Below are positions 1 through 11,502 of a stretch of 64,000 nucleotides of DNA, piece after piece (the stretch's first letter is position 1; each line of letters starts with the position of its first letter). Below the pieces are notes generated by a model. It saw only the letters and a program-made list of their open reading frames with translations, was not told the DNA's origin and searched no databases. Position numbers and translations under genes: made by a program. Source of the DNA: Squalus acanthias (taxonomy: Eukaryota); the NCBI GenBank assembly GCA_030390025.1, contig CM059432.1, positions 49,230,001-49,294,000 on the forward strand, given 5' to 3'.

Positions 1-197
1 GTGCCATCTGTGGGTGTCAGTTTGGAAGCAGACTGCCAGTAATTATTTTGATATTGTTCTGTGTTTAATTGAGAAATGATCTGCAGTTGATTTCTGGAAA
101 ATTCTATGGCAACATTCTTAAAGTAAATTGATCTATACACTGTTAATCCGGTCTTCACACTGTTTGCAACATGTTGACTAACTCTATTCCACTTTTC

Positions 198-550
198 TCC
201 CTCCATCTCCTGAAGGGTTTGACTCAAGCCGGTGCATGGTACCATAAGCAATGGCCACCCTTGGTTACCTTGTTCAAGTGTTCATTGTTCATGGTGCTGA
301 TAAGCTATTTGTTTATGGTGGCCACTGCAGTTGAGTTAGATCCTGCTTTCACCCAGCATCTGCGCACGGGCGCGGGGTGGCGGGGGGGATAATTTTGACT
401 TCAATGGAAATAAACATTGGGAGAGATTGTAGTCCCCACATCCCCCTTTGGTTGAGATCAGCTATCTCAGCATAAACTGATGATCATACCCAGGACTGTA
501 CTATTTTGTATAGCTCAATTCCACAATGACTTTCCCAACTGATCCATTGG
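198..550 (-). mobile_element. Old tRNA-derived SINE (AmnSINE2-like, by recall), degraded
   Basis: Shares motifs (CAAGTG..CATT..TTCAT, GAGATCAGCTA..TCAGCA) with copies at 4155, 5520, 12555 and 25430. Confidence 0.4.
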
Positions 551-891
551 GGAAGCCAGAAGAATTGAACTACGTGTGATTGGTGACGAACAATGCAAAC
601 ATTCCCTATGTTTTACTAACATGAAATAGGTTTTGGGAATTAGTGCTCCTGGAGCAGGGTTTCACGCAACAGGAGTGCATATCTGGAATTCAGATGTGGA
701 GGTCAACATGCCATTCGGAATGAACCCCACGCATGTAGGGAGTGTATTATAGGAAATCTCAGGTGCACAGCCTGTAATCATTTAAATGACTGGAAAATGA
801 TCATGATGCGGAGATGCCGGTTTGGACTGGGGTGGACAAAAATGAGAAGTCGTACAACACCAGGTTATAGTCCAACAGTTTTATTTAAAAT

Positions 892-926
892 TACGAGCTT
901 TCGGAGCGTTGCTCCTTCTTCAGGTA
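892..926 (-). ncRNA. Minimal type I hammerhead ribozyme motif (mirror copy)
   Basis: Reverse complement reads UAC-CUGAAGA-a-GGAGC(aac)GCUCC-GAAA-GCUC-GUA. Confidence 0.7.
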
Positions 927-962
927 CAAGTACAGTGAGTACTTGTACAAGTACTGTACTTG

Positions 963-997
963 TACCTGAAGAAGGAGCAGCGCTCCGAAAGCTCGTA
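963..997 (+). ncRNA. Minimal type I hammerhead ribozyme motif
   Basis: UAC-CUGAAGA-a-GGAGC(agc)GCUCC-GAAA-GC-UC^GUA: conserved core, stem II, palindromic AGCU stem III, 3-bp stem I. Confidence 0.7.
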
Positions 998-1120
998 ATT
1001 TTAAATAAAACTGTTGGACTATAACCTGGTGTTGTGCGACTTCTCATTTTTGGAAAATGATCAGCTGTGCACCTGTGATGCACCCCGTTGCAAGCACAGG
1101 ATTGCGGGATTGGCCAATAG

Positions 1121-1240
1121 AAGAAGAAAGAATGCACTTGCATTTATATAGCGCCTTATCAAATCTTTGGAATGTCCCAAAATGCTTTACAACCAATGGA
1201 CTACTTTTGAAGTGCAGTCACTCGTGTTACGTGGGCAAAC
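1121..1240 (-). mobile_element. Deu-domain SINE 3' fragment
   Basis: CTTGCATTTATATAGCGCC...TACTTTTGAAGTG.AGTCAC tail, as in the copies at 46490 and 51955. Confidence 0.65.
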
Positions 1241-1463
1241 AGATATAAGGAAAGGGGCAAGTGGATATAAGGGAAGGATTACATTTCAAAACTAAATATA
1301 TATATTGATGAAATTCATTTAATTGTATTAAAAGCAAATGCTTTAAGCACATGACAGTAAAATCTAAGTAGTCAGTAAAATTACAGTAGTTTTTAAACAA
1401 TTACCTGAATTTAAAAAAAAGCTAAAATGTAACAAAAGTACAAATTACATTGTAAAATACCAA

Positions 1464-2512
1464 GGGGGCGATTTTCCCCGGATACTTTAGGCAGTATAGA
1501 GCCTCCGAGGTGACCAAGGTGGGGGTCTTGAGCTGCAACGCAAGTTTAGCCCGCCTTTAGCGCAAGACGCCATCTTTGTAAGGAAGTTGAAGCGCGCGCG
1601 AGGAACGGCCGCCCCGAGGATTATTAAGACTCTGATTGACAATTAAATTGCCTGCTAGCACTCAGTAAAGAGGCTGCATTCCATTTTGCTGGCTAGCGCT
1701 TCAATTAACGACCTTTCCTAACTGCAACCAGCTGAACAGGAGTAAAGAAGTTGTTGCCGAGGATTTCGAGCACTACTTAAAGGCACGCTCAGCTTTCACT
1801 GATCACTTTCCGCTGGAGGTTAAAAGAGGACTTTTGAGACACATCGGGAGACTTTCTGGGACACTTTGTCAAGACGTCACCAAAACTCTATCAACATTTT
1901 CCCGGAAATTCTCTGAGGACTTCACCTAAAGAGAGTGAGTGCTGAGCTACTCTACCTTATTGGAGACCTAATCGGAGTCACCAGGAGAACGGGAGTGCTT
2001 GGTTATAGTGATCTTGCTAGGATTCCACCTTGGTCTGGAAGAGGAATGAGAGGCGGAGATGAGGCCAGGCAGAGCAGCACAAGCTGCTGAAGGAGAGAGG
2101 GACAAGAGGGGGAGGTGGCCTCCTTTCCCACTGCAGGTACAGAACATCCCTCCTCCTCTGGAGCTCCTCCACCAGGACCTCCAGTGCCGCATCCGAGAAC
2201 CTGTGTGCCCACTCCCTCCGTCCCTTAGCCATCCTGAAATGACCCGTTGTGTGTCAGCTAGTGCACTCCACACCTTCAGTGGAAGTGTGTGCGTGAAGGC
2301 GACATATACTGCGCCATGAAAATTGCAACTAATCAGCGCTTGAGTGCTAAACCTGGAGGTGTCCATTTTAGTGCCTGCAGGCATGTTTAAATCATGGTAA
2401 TCAGCAATTAGCACCAAAATTGTGGGCTAAAACCAGGCTTTTAAACATGCTTGTCTTATTAACATAGCACCCACTTCGCGCCTGTTTTCACTTTGTCCCC
2501 AAAATAACCCCC
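1464..2512. mobile_element. Non-autonomous Harbinger internal-deletion derivative, copy 1
   Basis: TIR GGGGGCGATTTT / AAAATAACCCCC, flanked by CAA on both sides. Minus strand encodes a Myb/SANT start (HRFSDAALEVLVEELQRRRDVLY). Colinear with 36919-37942. Confidence 0.8.
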
Positions 2513-2828
2513 CAAGTTTATATAAGCACTTGTAACCTTAACTTCAGTTTCCTGCAATGCAGCATTAAACAGTAAAATTATTATATCTGCATTTATGAAG
2601 AATACTGTATAAATGAGCACTTACATATCCATATACTTGGTTACAGAAACATTATAGTTTATTCAGAATGCCTTCAGGTAACTGCATCTTCAGTGACTTG
2701 CAATTGCAGTGCACCAGAATTCACATAATGCACAATGTGTTAGAAAGTTTCTTGATTCTGCTTTTCTCTTTGATTTTTTTCCGAAATGCCTTAATCCTGA
2801 ACTTGCATTTCTGAAGTGTATTGGAAAC

Positions 2829-3250
2829 GGGGGGGAATTTTAACTCGCTCCATCCAGTTTCAACTGGGCAGGACAGCAGTTAAAATGGAGCGGGCGAAAT
2901 ACCAACTATGTTCCCAATTTGGTTCCGATTTGAAAATGTCTGATTTTTCAGGAATATGAGGCGAAGGCCTGAGTCAGTCCGGAGCCTCACATAGGTATGC
3001 AAATCAGGGTGCTATTGCGTCAATAGGACCTCGACGCTTTCTTAACCTGGAAGAGGGCAGGGCGCCTGCAGCGGCCGCTCCGCCAGCTACAACCAGGTCT
3101 GAAGATCGAACAAGCTTTTCCAGGTAAGTTTAAAATTTTCTCTTATGGGGCCAGGAGGAGATGTAGTGCTCCCCGGGCCCCATGAAGGAAGTGCAGGTCT
3201 TCCCCTCCTTCCGGACCGCTGACCGCCCGAGAACACCTATACCCGCATTT
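2829..3250. mobile_element. Harbinger-type MITE, left part
   Basis: Begins GGGGGAATTTTAACTC. Internal segment 3120-3230 matches about 56020-56140, and that copy ends GAGTTAAAATTCCC (the complementary TIR). Confidence 0.5.
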
Positions 3251-3449
3251 ACCACCTTGGATAGGAAGTCAGCCAGTTGAAATGTAACTGAAATATTATA
3301 TGGTTCAAATAAATAACATTATAACTAATCCACTCATTTTTTTTACAACTTTTGAGCGAAACATGTTATTTCACTAAAATACAATTATACAAAATTAATT
3401 AAATATCATAATAAGAAACCTTATAGATTCAAATCAATTCCTGTTGAAG

Positions 3450-3780
3450 TTTGAATTAAAAGCTTAGCAATTCTAAAGCCAATGGCATCTTCAAGATGGA
3501 TTCCTCAACAATGATGTTTTTTTTTTTATCAGTGAATATCGATATCCTTAGTACATACAGTCAATCTGTCACTTCAGAAGGAGGTTCTTCAGAACTCTTG
3601 GAAGACTGGTATTGTTCGCAGTTTTACAAAAGATCGTGGTAATCTGCTTGATATGAATACGTTTAGACCTACCTCTGTTACACTGCTGTTGCTAGATCCA
3701 TTTTTTCTCCAAACCCTCATGGAAATTATATCAATTCTGTGTTTTGGTCATGTGGATGTATATTTACAATTTTTAAATCG
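3450..3780 (+). pseudogene. Very old LINE reverse-transcriptase remnant
   Basis: My translation ISISLVHTVNLSLQKEVLQNSWKTGIV...DMNTFRPTSV resembles the LINE RT N-terminal motif (NLSL...SWK.A.V...NYRPISL). Confidence 0.4.
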
Positions 3781-3906
3781 GTAAATTTATTACTGTAATA
3801 TAAAAAAAAATTATGATTAAGAAACTTACCAAATAATTGTTTTGAAAATTAAGAGGCACAACTAATTACAGAGTTTGTTAATATAATGTTTTTTTTGCAC
3901 AGCCCT

Positions 3907-4152
3907 CAACAACAACAACTTGTATTTATATAGCGCCTTTAACGTATTAAAATGTCCCAAGGTGCTTCGCAGGAGCATTATCAAACAAAATTTGACACCA
4001 CGTAGGTATTAGAACAGGTGACCAAAAACTTGGTCAAAGTAGGTTTTAAGGAGCGTCTTAAAGGAGGAGAGAGCTTCAGAGAGAGAATTCCAGAGCTTAG
4101 GCAGCTGAAGGCACGGCCGCCAATGGTGGAACATTTAAAATCGGGGATCCGC
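3907..4152 (-). mobile_element. L2 LINE 3' end
   Basis: (CAA)n tail plus TTGTATTTATATAGCGCC. Reverse complement of the L2 3' ends at 15050-15230 and 35930-36184. Confidence 0.75.
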
Positions 4153-4154
4153 AT

Positions 4155-4560
4155 TCTCTCCCCTCATCTCTAGAAGGTGCTGATTTTTGTTAAAATACAG
4201 TTCCACTGTTGCTGGATGCCATCTGTTACCTCACCTGGCAGCTATTTTTCATATGTGAACCTCAACATTGACTACTGATATACTATTCAATCCGAGGGGG
4301 AGTTGCTTTACAGCGGAGACCAAATCTATCCTCACTCAATGTCCACATCTCTCTCATACACACACTTTCCAGAATAAATCATTGGATAGTTATCAGGAGC
4401 AAGTACCTTGGAGAACATTCCCCTCCCTATCCAATGGGAATTAAGACCAACTGCAATGTCCATATTGCTGCCCTAGCTGAGAGTAGCTGAGCATAGACCA
4501 AGGATCAAATCTACAAGGTTCTGGTTTATATGATTCAGGCTGACACAACTGAGCCATCAA
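4155..4560 (-). mobile_element. Old tRNA-derived SINE (AmnSINE2-like)
   Basis: Colinear with the other copies of this family in the window. Confidence 0.5.
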
Positions 4561-4697
4561 GGTAAGGTATTTGATTTTAGGTCACTACCAGTGAATACAG
4601 GAATCTGCTAAGGGCTTTAAAAACCTCTTGTGTTAAAAACCTACCTAAAACATTCAACTCCTGCTGTACTGACATGGTTCTAGTTTTCAAAATCACT

Positions 4698-5010
4698 TAC
4701 ATACGAACATACGAACAGGAGTAGGCCACCCGGCCCTTCGAGCCTGCTCCGCCATTCAATAAGATCATGGCTGATCTGATTACTCCACATTCTCACCTAC
4801 CACCGATAACTTTTCACCCCCTTGCTCACCAAGAATCTATCTACCTCTGCCTTAAAAATATTCAAAGACTCTGCTTCCACTGCCCTCTGAGGAAGAGAGT
4901 TCCAAAGACTCACTACCCTCTGTGAGAAAAAATTTCTCCTCATCTCTGTCTTAAATGGGCGACCCCTTATTTTTAAACAGTGACCCTTAGTTCTAGATTC
5001 TCCCACAAGA
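4698..5010 (-). mobile_element. CR1 LINE 3' end
   Basis: ORF 4797-5033 reads RRNFFSQRVVSLWNSLPQRAVEA. (GTTCGTAT)n tail. Confidence 0.9.
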
Positions 5011-5519
5011 GGACTTGTGTCATTATCTGCCAATTCATCACAATTTTACGTGGTGTTTATAGAAAATAGGCTATATTTAAAATGAATCTCAAAAAAGAAA
5101 GTAATGTTGTTCACTGATGTGAAGTTTGAAGTTTAATGTCCATATTAATGGCCTTTAATCAGAAAATGTTCCTAATATTATATATAAGGGAAATCATCTG
5201 GCAGAAAATCTGACTTTTAGATTTCATCTGAGTGTCAGAAAAAAGAAAATTACCCTTGAACAAAGTCATTTTTTTACAATTATACTGTCATTGTGAATTA
5301 CTCTGATGATATACAAATTTCATATGCAACTAAAAAAAAGCGGAAAATGTACATGCCACAAATAGAAGTAACAGTGGTTGTTAACTATTGATTGATTAAA
5401 TGTGACCTTTCCATTATCTCCATCAGAGCTCTGTCAACGTTGAATAGGAAAATTAAAAGTGCCTACAGAAGCTGTATCTGTAAAACCTTTATGAAATATG
5501 GATAAAGGTTATTGAAATT

Positions 5520-5910
5520 ATTTTCCCTACACTTCTTTACTCTGGAAGGTACTGACTCAGGGTGTGCTACTGTTCCTCAGCTGTCAGCCATCCTTCAGTA
5601 CCTTATCCAAGTAGTATTCTTCATGTGTGAGCCTGGACTCTGAGTGGGACTAAAGTTTTGGGGCATCACAATTCAGTTCTCATCTAAGACTCATACACAG
5701 ACATCCAGCAGAAGGTCTTTGCATGTAGATCAGGAGTGAAAATACTTCATCGTCTGGCTATATAAAGGCATTGCCTCAGCAAAGAGTTGTAGCATTCCCC
5801 AACTCTGCTCCAACTGATGTTAACCCACTCAGCATAGACTAGGAATATAACGTGAGCACGTCCTGATCCTTATGGTTTATTATTACATTATCCTGCACTG
5901 TGTCATTCAG
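5520..5910 (-). mobile_element. Old tRNA-derived SINE (AmnSINE2-like)
   Basis: CAAGTAGTATTCTTCATGTGTGAGCCT and CTCAGCATAGACTAGGAAT motifs of the same family. Confidence 0.5.
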
Positions 5911-6072
5911 GAAGCCCTAGTATTGTTTTTATAGAACAAAACTATTTGACTAAAATATATGAAACTAGGCCCGGAAATTCCTGCATCCCTGCTCCACTGC
6001 CAGCATGATAGGATTTCCATTCACTAACATTCAATCACACTGACACAGTCAGAAATCCCAGGGTCAGCTGCT

Positions 6073-7083
6073 TTGCACAATATCTGGTTGAGCGCACTGG
6101 ATACAGCAAAGGCTATGGGCCCCGACAACATCCCGGCTGTCGTGCTGAAGACTTGTGCTCCAGAACTAGCCGCGCCTCTAGCCAAGCTGTTCCAGTACAG
6201 CTATAACACTGGCATCTATCCAACAAAGTGGAAAACTGCCCAGGTATGTCCTGTCCACAAAAGGCAGGACAAATCCAATCCAGCCAATTACCGCCCCATC
6301 AGTCTACTCTCAATCATCAGCAAAGTGATGGAAGGTGTCGTCGACAGTGCTATCAAGCGGCACTTACTCACCAATAACATGCTCATTGATGCCCAGTTTG
6401 GGTTCCGCCAGGACCACTCGGCTCCAGACCTCATTACAGCCTTGGTCCAAACATGGACAAAAGAGCAGAATTCCAGAGGTGAGGTGAGAGTGACTGCCCT
6501 TGACATCAAGGCAGCATTTGACCGAGTGTGGCATCAAGGAGTCCGAGTAAAACTGAATTCAATGGGAATTGGGGGGAAAACTCTCCACTGGCTGGAGTCA
6601 TACCTAGCACAAAGGAAGATGGTTGTGGTGGTTAGAGGTCAATCATCACAGCCCCAGGACATCGCTGCAGGAGTTCCTCAGGGCAGTGTCCTAGGCCCAA
6701 CCATCTTCAGCTGCTTCATCAATGACCTTCCCTCCATCATAAGGTCAGAAGTGGGGATGTTCACTGATGACTACACAATGTTCAGTGCCATTCGCAACTC
6801 CTCAGATAATGAAGCAGTCCATGCCCGCATGCAGCAAGACCTGGACGACATTCAGGCTTGGGCTGATAAGTGGCAGGTAACATTCGCGCAACACAAGTGC
6901 CAGGCAATGACTATCTCCAACAAGCGAGCGTCTATCCACCGTCCCTTGAAATTCAATGGCATTACCATCGCCGAATCCCCCATCAACATCCCGGGGGTCA
7001 CCATTGACCAGAAACTTAACTGGACCAGCCACATAAATACTGTGGCAACAAGAGCAGGTCAGAGGCTAGGTATTCTGCAGTGA
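6073..7083 (+). pseudogene. LINE ORF2 reverse transcriptase domain
   Basis: NYRPISLL, QFGFR, DIKAAFDRVWH, GVPQGSVLGP, FTDD (FADD variant). Premature stop at 7081. Confidence 0.9.
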
Positions 7084-7665
7084 GTGTCTCACCTCCTGAC
7101 TCCCTAAAGCCTTTCCACCATCTGCAAGGCACAAATCAGGAGTGTGATGGAATACTCTCCACTTGCCTGGATGAGTGCAGCGCCAACAACACTCAAGAAG
7201 CTCGACACCATCCAAGACAAAGCAGCCTGCTTGATTGGCACCCCATCCACCACCTTTAACATTCACTCCCTCCACCACCGGCGTACCGTGGCTGCAGTGT
7301 GTACCATCTACAAGATGCACTGCAGCAACTCGCCAAGGCTTCTTCGGCAGCACCTCCCAAACCCGCAACCTCCATCATCTAGAAGGACAAGGGCAGCAGT
7401 CGCATGGGAACACCACCACCTCTAAGTTCCCCTCCAAGTCACACACCATCCTGATTTGGAAGTATATCGCCATTCCTTCATCGTCGCTGGATCAAAATTC
7501 TGGAACTCCCTACCTAACAGCACTGTGGGAGTACCTTCACCACATGGACTGCAGCGGTTCAAGAAGGAGGCTCACTACCACTTTCTCAAGGGCAATTAGG
7601 GGTGGGCAATAAATGCTGGCTTTGCCAGCGACGCCCACATCCCAGGAACTAAAATTTAAAAAAAA
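6083..7665 (+). mobile_element. 5'-truncated CR1-group LINE (family distinct from the ATTCTATG-tailed CR1s)
   Basis: RT ORF, then C-terminus HSLHHRRTVAAVCTIYKMH, then 3' UTR GGGCAATAAATGCTGGC...CCCACATCCC and an A-rich tail. High identity to 26408-28916. Confidence 0.9.
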
Positions 7666-7921
7666 TGATGGGTGGGAGTCCCTAAGCCATACGTCAGAAA
7701 TGGCTGGGTGTAGGAAACTCGAGGAGAAGGTCGAGCAAGGCGCAATGGGAGTATTTGAAGATATGCTTCAATTTAAAGAGCTGAGGGTATTTGAATGGAC
7801 GAAAAAATAGCTCCTGCAAAAGGAGGAAAATAGAAAGCAGAGGGACATGTGGAAGTTCTTTTATCAGAAATACACCAAAAGGAGTAGCTGGAAAGAAACC
7901 ATCAAATGCAGCATGGGCGGT

Positions 7922-8418
7922 AACAACAACAACAACTTTCATTTATATAGGACGTTTAACATAGAAAACCATCCAAGGTACTTCATAGAGGTGTAATCAG
8001 TCAAAAACAGAAGTCGAGCTAAAGAAGAAGATATTAGGGAGGTGACCAAAAGGTTGGTCAAAGAGATGGGTTTTAAGGAGGTGGAGAGGCAGAGGGGTTT
8101 CGGAGGGAATTGCAAAAGGCCAGGGAGGGGTTTGTAGAGGGTTGTAGAGCTGGATTAGGTTGCAGAAATAGGGAGGGGTGGGGCCCTGAAGGGATTTATA
8201 CATGAGGATGAGAAATTTAAATTGGAACTGTTGAGGGACCAGGAGCCAATGTAACTCAGTAAGGACAGGGGTGATAGGTGAGCTGGACCTGGTGCAGGAT
8301 AGCTAAAATTTATGGAATGTGGAGGATGGAAGGTCGCCCAGGAAAGCATTGGAATAGTCAAGTCTTGAGCTGACAGTGACATGGATGAGGGTTTCAGCTA
8401 TAGATGGGCTGAGGTAGC
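7922..8418 (-). mobile_element. L2 LINE 3' fragment
   Basis: (CAA)n tail. Minus-strand translation AETLIH..SSRLDYSNA and LKTHLFDQ. Confidence 0.8.
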
Positions 8419-8419
8419 C

Positions 8420-8935
8420 AGTGAAAGTCAAAATGGAGCCTGCGGTTGACAATCTCAGCAGACCTACCATGAAACAAAGGAAGCTAGCAAAGCTCAAACA
8501 AAACGTGGAGGCACTGTGCAGCCTTTCTGAAGGTATTTACAGTGAGAATGTGAAAAAACGGGAGTGTTGGTGTCATTGAACAGAAGATTGGAGCTGTTAC
8601 ATTTGATGTGGTATTATCAAATTATAACATTGCATGTGACCAATGTCTATTCAACCTATGGAAGTTGCTGTTAAAACTCCCCAAAAAGCTTCAGATGTTT
8701 CCATGTGTAATGAACCAACCACCTCCGAGAATGCTATTCATGCTCCTGATTCTGGTGTGCACTTTCCAGGATGGTCTTCAAAGAAAGTTGTGAAACCCAA
8801 CAATGTTGAAACAAAATCTGAGAAGTTACCATATACTGCTCCTGTTATTACTCCCAGGTCACCCATTGTCACATCTACTCGAAGAAATCCTCAAAGACCA
8901 AGGAAATCTCCAACTCATTTGGACTTGTCGATAGC
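8420..8935 (+). pseudogene. Ty3/Gypsy integrase C-terminal remnant
   Basis: GVIEQKIGAVTFDV (GPY/F-like region), then a P/S/T-rich linker ending RRNPQRPRKSPTHLDL, typical of Gypsy pol ends. Confidence 0.55.
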
Positions 8936-9155
8936 TAAGAGTGTAATGGATTTCATTATGGTTCTAGCGTTGGCATAATCCATCTTTTTTGCATATTACC
9001 AGGAGAGTGTTATGGTTTATTTTATTTTTTTAACTTTATTGTACGACATAGTTGCTGAATTTCTTAATGTGCTTTAGCTGTTAACCAGGTTCATTCTTGG
9101 AGATAGTTCTTATCACCTTGAAATGTTGTGGGAGAAAAGTGATATATATATAGTA

Positions 9156-9466
9156 CAGGTTGAGCGTCCAAAATCCGGAGTTCCGGAATCCAGGACGATT
9201 GGTGGCAGGGTCATCCGGAATCGTAAAATGTTCCGGAATTCAGACACCCTGAGAGAGGCTTACCAAAAACCGGAAATATCGCAACCTGGGCCCAGGCATT
9301 TCCGGACTCGGAATGTGTTTCTGATGTCCGAAGTCCGGAAATATCGCAACCTGGGCTCGGGCGTTTCCGGACTTCGGACATCAGAAACACGTTCCGAAGT
9401 CCGGAAAAACATGAAAACCGGCTCGGCCTCAGTCCCGAGGTTGCCGGATTCGGGACGCTCAACCTG
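9156..9466. mobile_element. Tc1/mariner (pogo/Tigger-type) MITE
   Basis: 23-bp TIR CAGGTTGAGCGTCCaaAATCCGG (2 mismatches), TA on both flanks. Confidence 0.85.
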
Positions 9467-10729
9467 TACCTGCATATTGTATAGTTGGGACCAAGCACGC
9501 TGTAAAAATTACACTCCAGGGTTTCCTGTTATACATAAATTTTATATAATGTTGCAGAGCATCTGAAATAAAAGCAACCATTACATTACCACACCAACTT
9601 GAGTGTACATACATAACAGCCTGGGATTACAGAGTCCACTGCCATGCTATGCACCAAATTTTGGGAGGAATTCTCATCATTGCATTGCAGCATGGAGAGC
9701 GTGACTGTTCCAAGAACATCTGCATAAAAACCCCCACATGCTGAGACCTCCAGGCAAGTTTGTCATTCCAGCGTGGAGGTGCTGAATGAAGTAATGCAGT
9801 ATTTGAGAGATCGTTTGAGAGGTAGATAAGTGCTGCTTTCTGAAGTAGCCAGGGTCTTTGAAGGACCTACAGAATATCCATTTTAGTCTCTCTCAGGGAT
9901 TTAAAAATCTGAGTCCATTAGATCTATTCTCCTACTGATTACTGATAAGCAGTATCCTGTTCCTATTACCAGTGGAATAGCAGCGTGCATCCTGATGAGG
10001 CTGCTTTTCTTGAAGATAACACCACAGGGAAGCGTTCTGTCAATTCCCTGCAGAAGCCTTCACAGCAGTTTTGTAGTTTGCAGAACTAGGAGCCAACAAA
10101 AGAGAGGCAGTCAGTGCTGTGTCCATCCCAGGACTCAGTAACCCTGATAGGAGTGCCATCTCTCTCCCAAGGGAGCAATCGTCCACATCTCAGATTCCAG
10201 GTCTTCAGGTGACACTTAGAAGAATTGTTAGAATAAGTCAGAGAAAATGTTGCGAGGGCACAAGGGTTATGCATGATGAAGATAGCAAGTAATGTTGTTG
10301 TAAGTAGTTGAAACAAATCACGGAAAGGATGGCAGTCATGACTTCTTGGTGTTTGGTTAGATTTTTAGAGATGGGGAAGGAGTTGTGTGGTTCTGATGTT
10401 GTAGCAATAATTTTTCATGTAATGGCTAGATGTAAGAATCTATGGTTTCACTTTGCAGAGAGACCGTTTGGTGAAATGAAGCTAATTTGTTATGGAGGAA
10501 GACCACCAACAAATACTTGTTTAGGCATCTGTGAAGGTGTCCCGAATGAGTTCTGTGACAGTTCCCAGCTTAACGTACATTAACATGCAGGAATTTGTCC
10601 CCATGATCACACAGCAACAGTCGGTGCAGGGAACGAAAGCCCCTTTGATTCATGTAATTATGCAGTTCACATTTGAGGCGCATATTTCTATGAGTGCAAT
10701 CGTTGACCTCAAAACCCTGGATAATCCTG

Positions 10730-11070
10730 AGATTCCGTCGAAGTTCTTGGCCCTCTCATTCGTCTGTCTGAAACCACTGTGAAACTGAGCCGCCCTGGAA
10801 AGATAGCATTTGACACTTGTCTGATGCATGTATGGCCAGCGCTTTGGCTAATCTGACAGAAGGTTCCAGTGGCACCCTGGAAATGACCCTGTGAGAGCTG
10901 ACCATGCTGTTAACCTTATCTGAAGATCTGGCTGCAGCAGCAAACAGAGCTCTGCCAAAGCTTCATGGGTAAAGTGCAGCCTCCTGAGATGCAACTTATG
11001 AGAGTGCTTTGGAATGCCTGGGCACTGCCAAGGCGGTCTGGCTCTCCATCGGTGCTGTCGGACAAGCATT
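10730..11070 (-). pseudogene. Isolated HARBI1-type transposase fragment
   Basis: LRRLHFTHEALAELCLLLQPDLQ matches the transposase N-terminus in elements A and C. Confidence 0.6.
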
Positions 11071-11123
11071 TCATATGTTATATGTGAGAGATTGATTTTT
11101 CACAGAAAGCAACCTGAACTACA

Positions 11124-11502
11124 GGGATTGATTTTAACTTGGGGTGGGATCAGTGTGTGGAGTGCCCAAACCAGGCGGTGCCCCTGGAAATGATGAAGAA
11201 AGCGAGGCCCTGTTAACTTATCTTGGCCTCTTCTGGCTACTTGCGACTCCCGCCATGGTTCGGCTGTTGGGGTTGGCCCTGTGTGGGCGTCCTGAATGGC
11301 AAAGCTAAACTGCCATTGCGGTGCTGATGACCACGACTTTTAGATTAAAATTAGGACCCTGCCTGCATGCAGTGGGAGCCTCGTTCGACTTCAAAGTCGG
11401 TGAAGATAAAAATGTCGCCATGCAGTAAGTGGATTCGGACAAATTTAGCCCCTCCCACTCACTGTTTCCGCCAGGTGGGGAGGGAATCTTAAAATCAATC
11501 CC
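11124..11502. mobile_element. Harbinger-type MITE
   Basis: Perfect 14-bp TIR GGGATTGATTTTAA / TTAAAATCAATCCC. 3-bp flanks ACA/GCA. Confidence 0.8.

Larger units (their letters stand above)
804..1050. mobile_element. Penelope-type terminal-repeat (pLTR) insertion forming a 216-bp palindrome
   Basis: Near-perfect inverted repeat 837-1052. 13-bp direct repeat TGGAAAATGATCA at 791-803 and 1051-1063 (TSD). Hammerhead core in each arm. Confidence 0.8.

Noticed and set aside
797..1143. Two ORFs on opposite strands with near-identical peptides
   Set aside because: A by-product of the DNA palindrome; no evidence of protein coding.
3533..3780. Apparent host exon (poly-T-CAG acceptor, G|GTAAAT donor)
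   Set aside because: All three frames contain stops, and the translation fits an old LINE RT.
9123..9566. 147-aa ORF
   Set aside because: Crosses a repetitive MITE and has no recognisable domain.
9600..10450. Possible ancient LINE endonuclease on the minus strand (RVTESW)
   Set aside because: One weak motif is not enough support.
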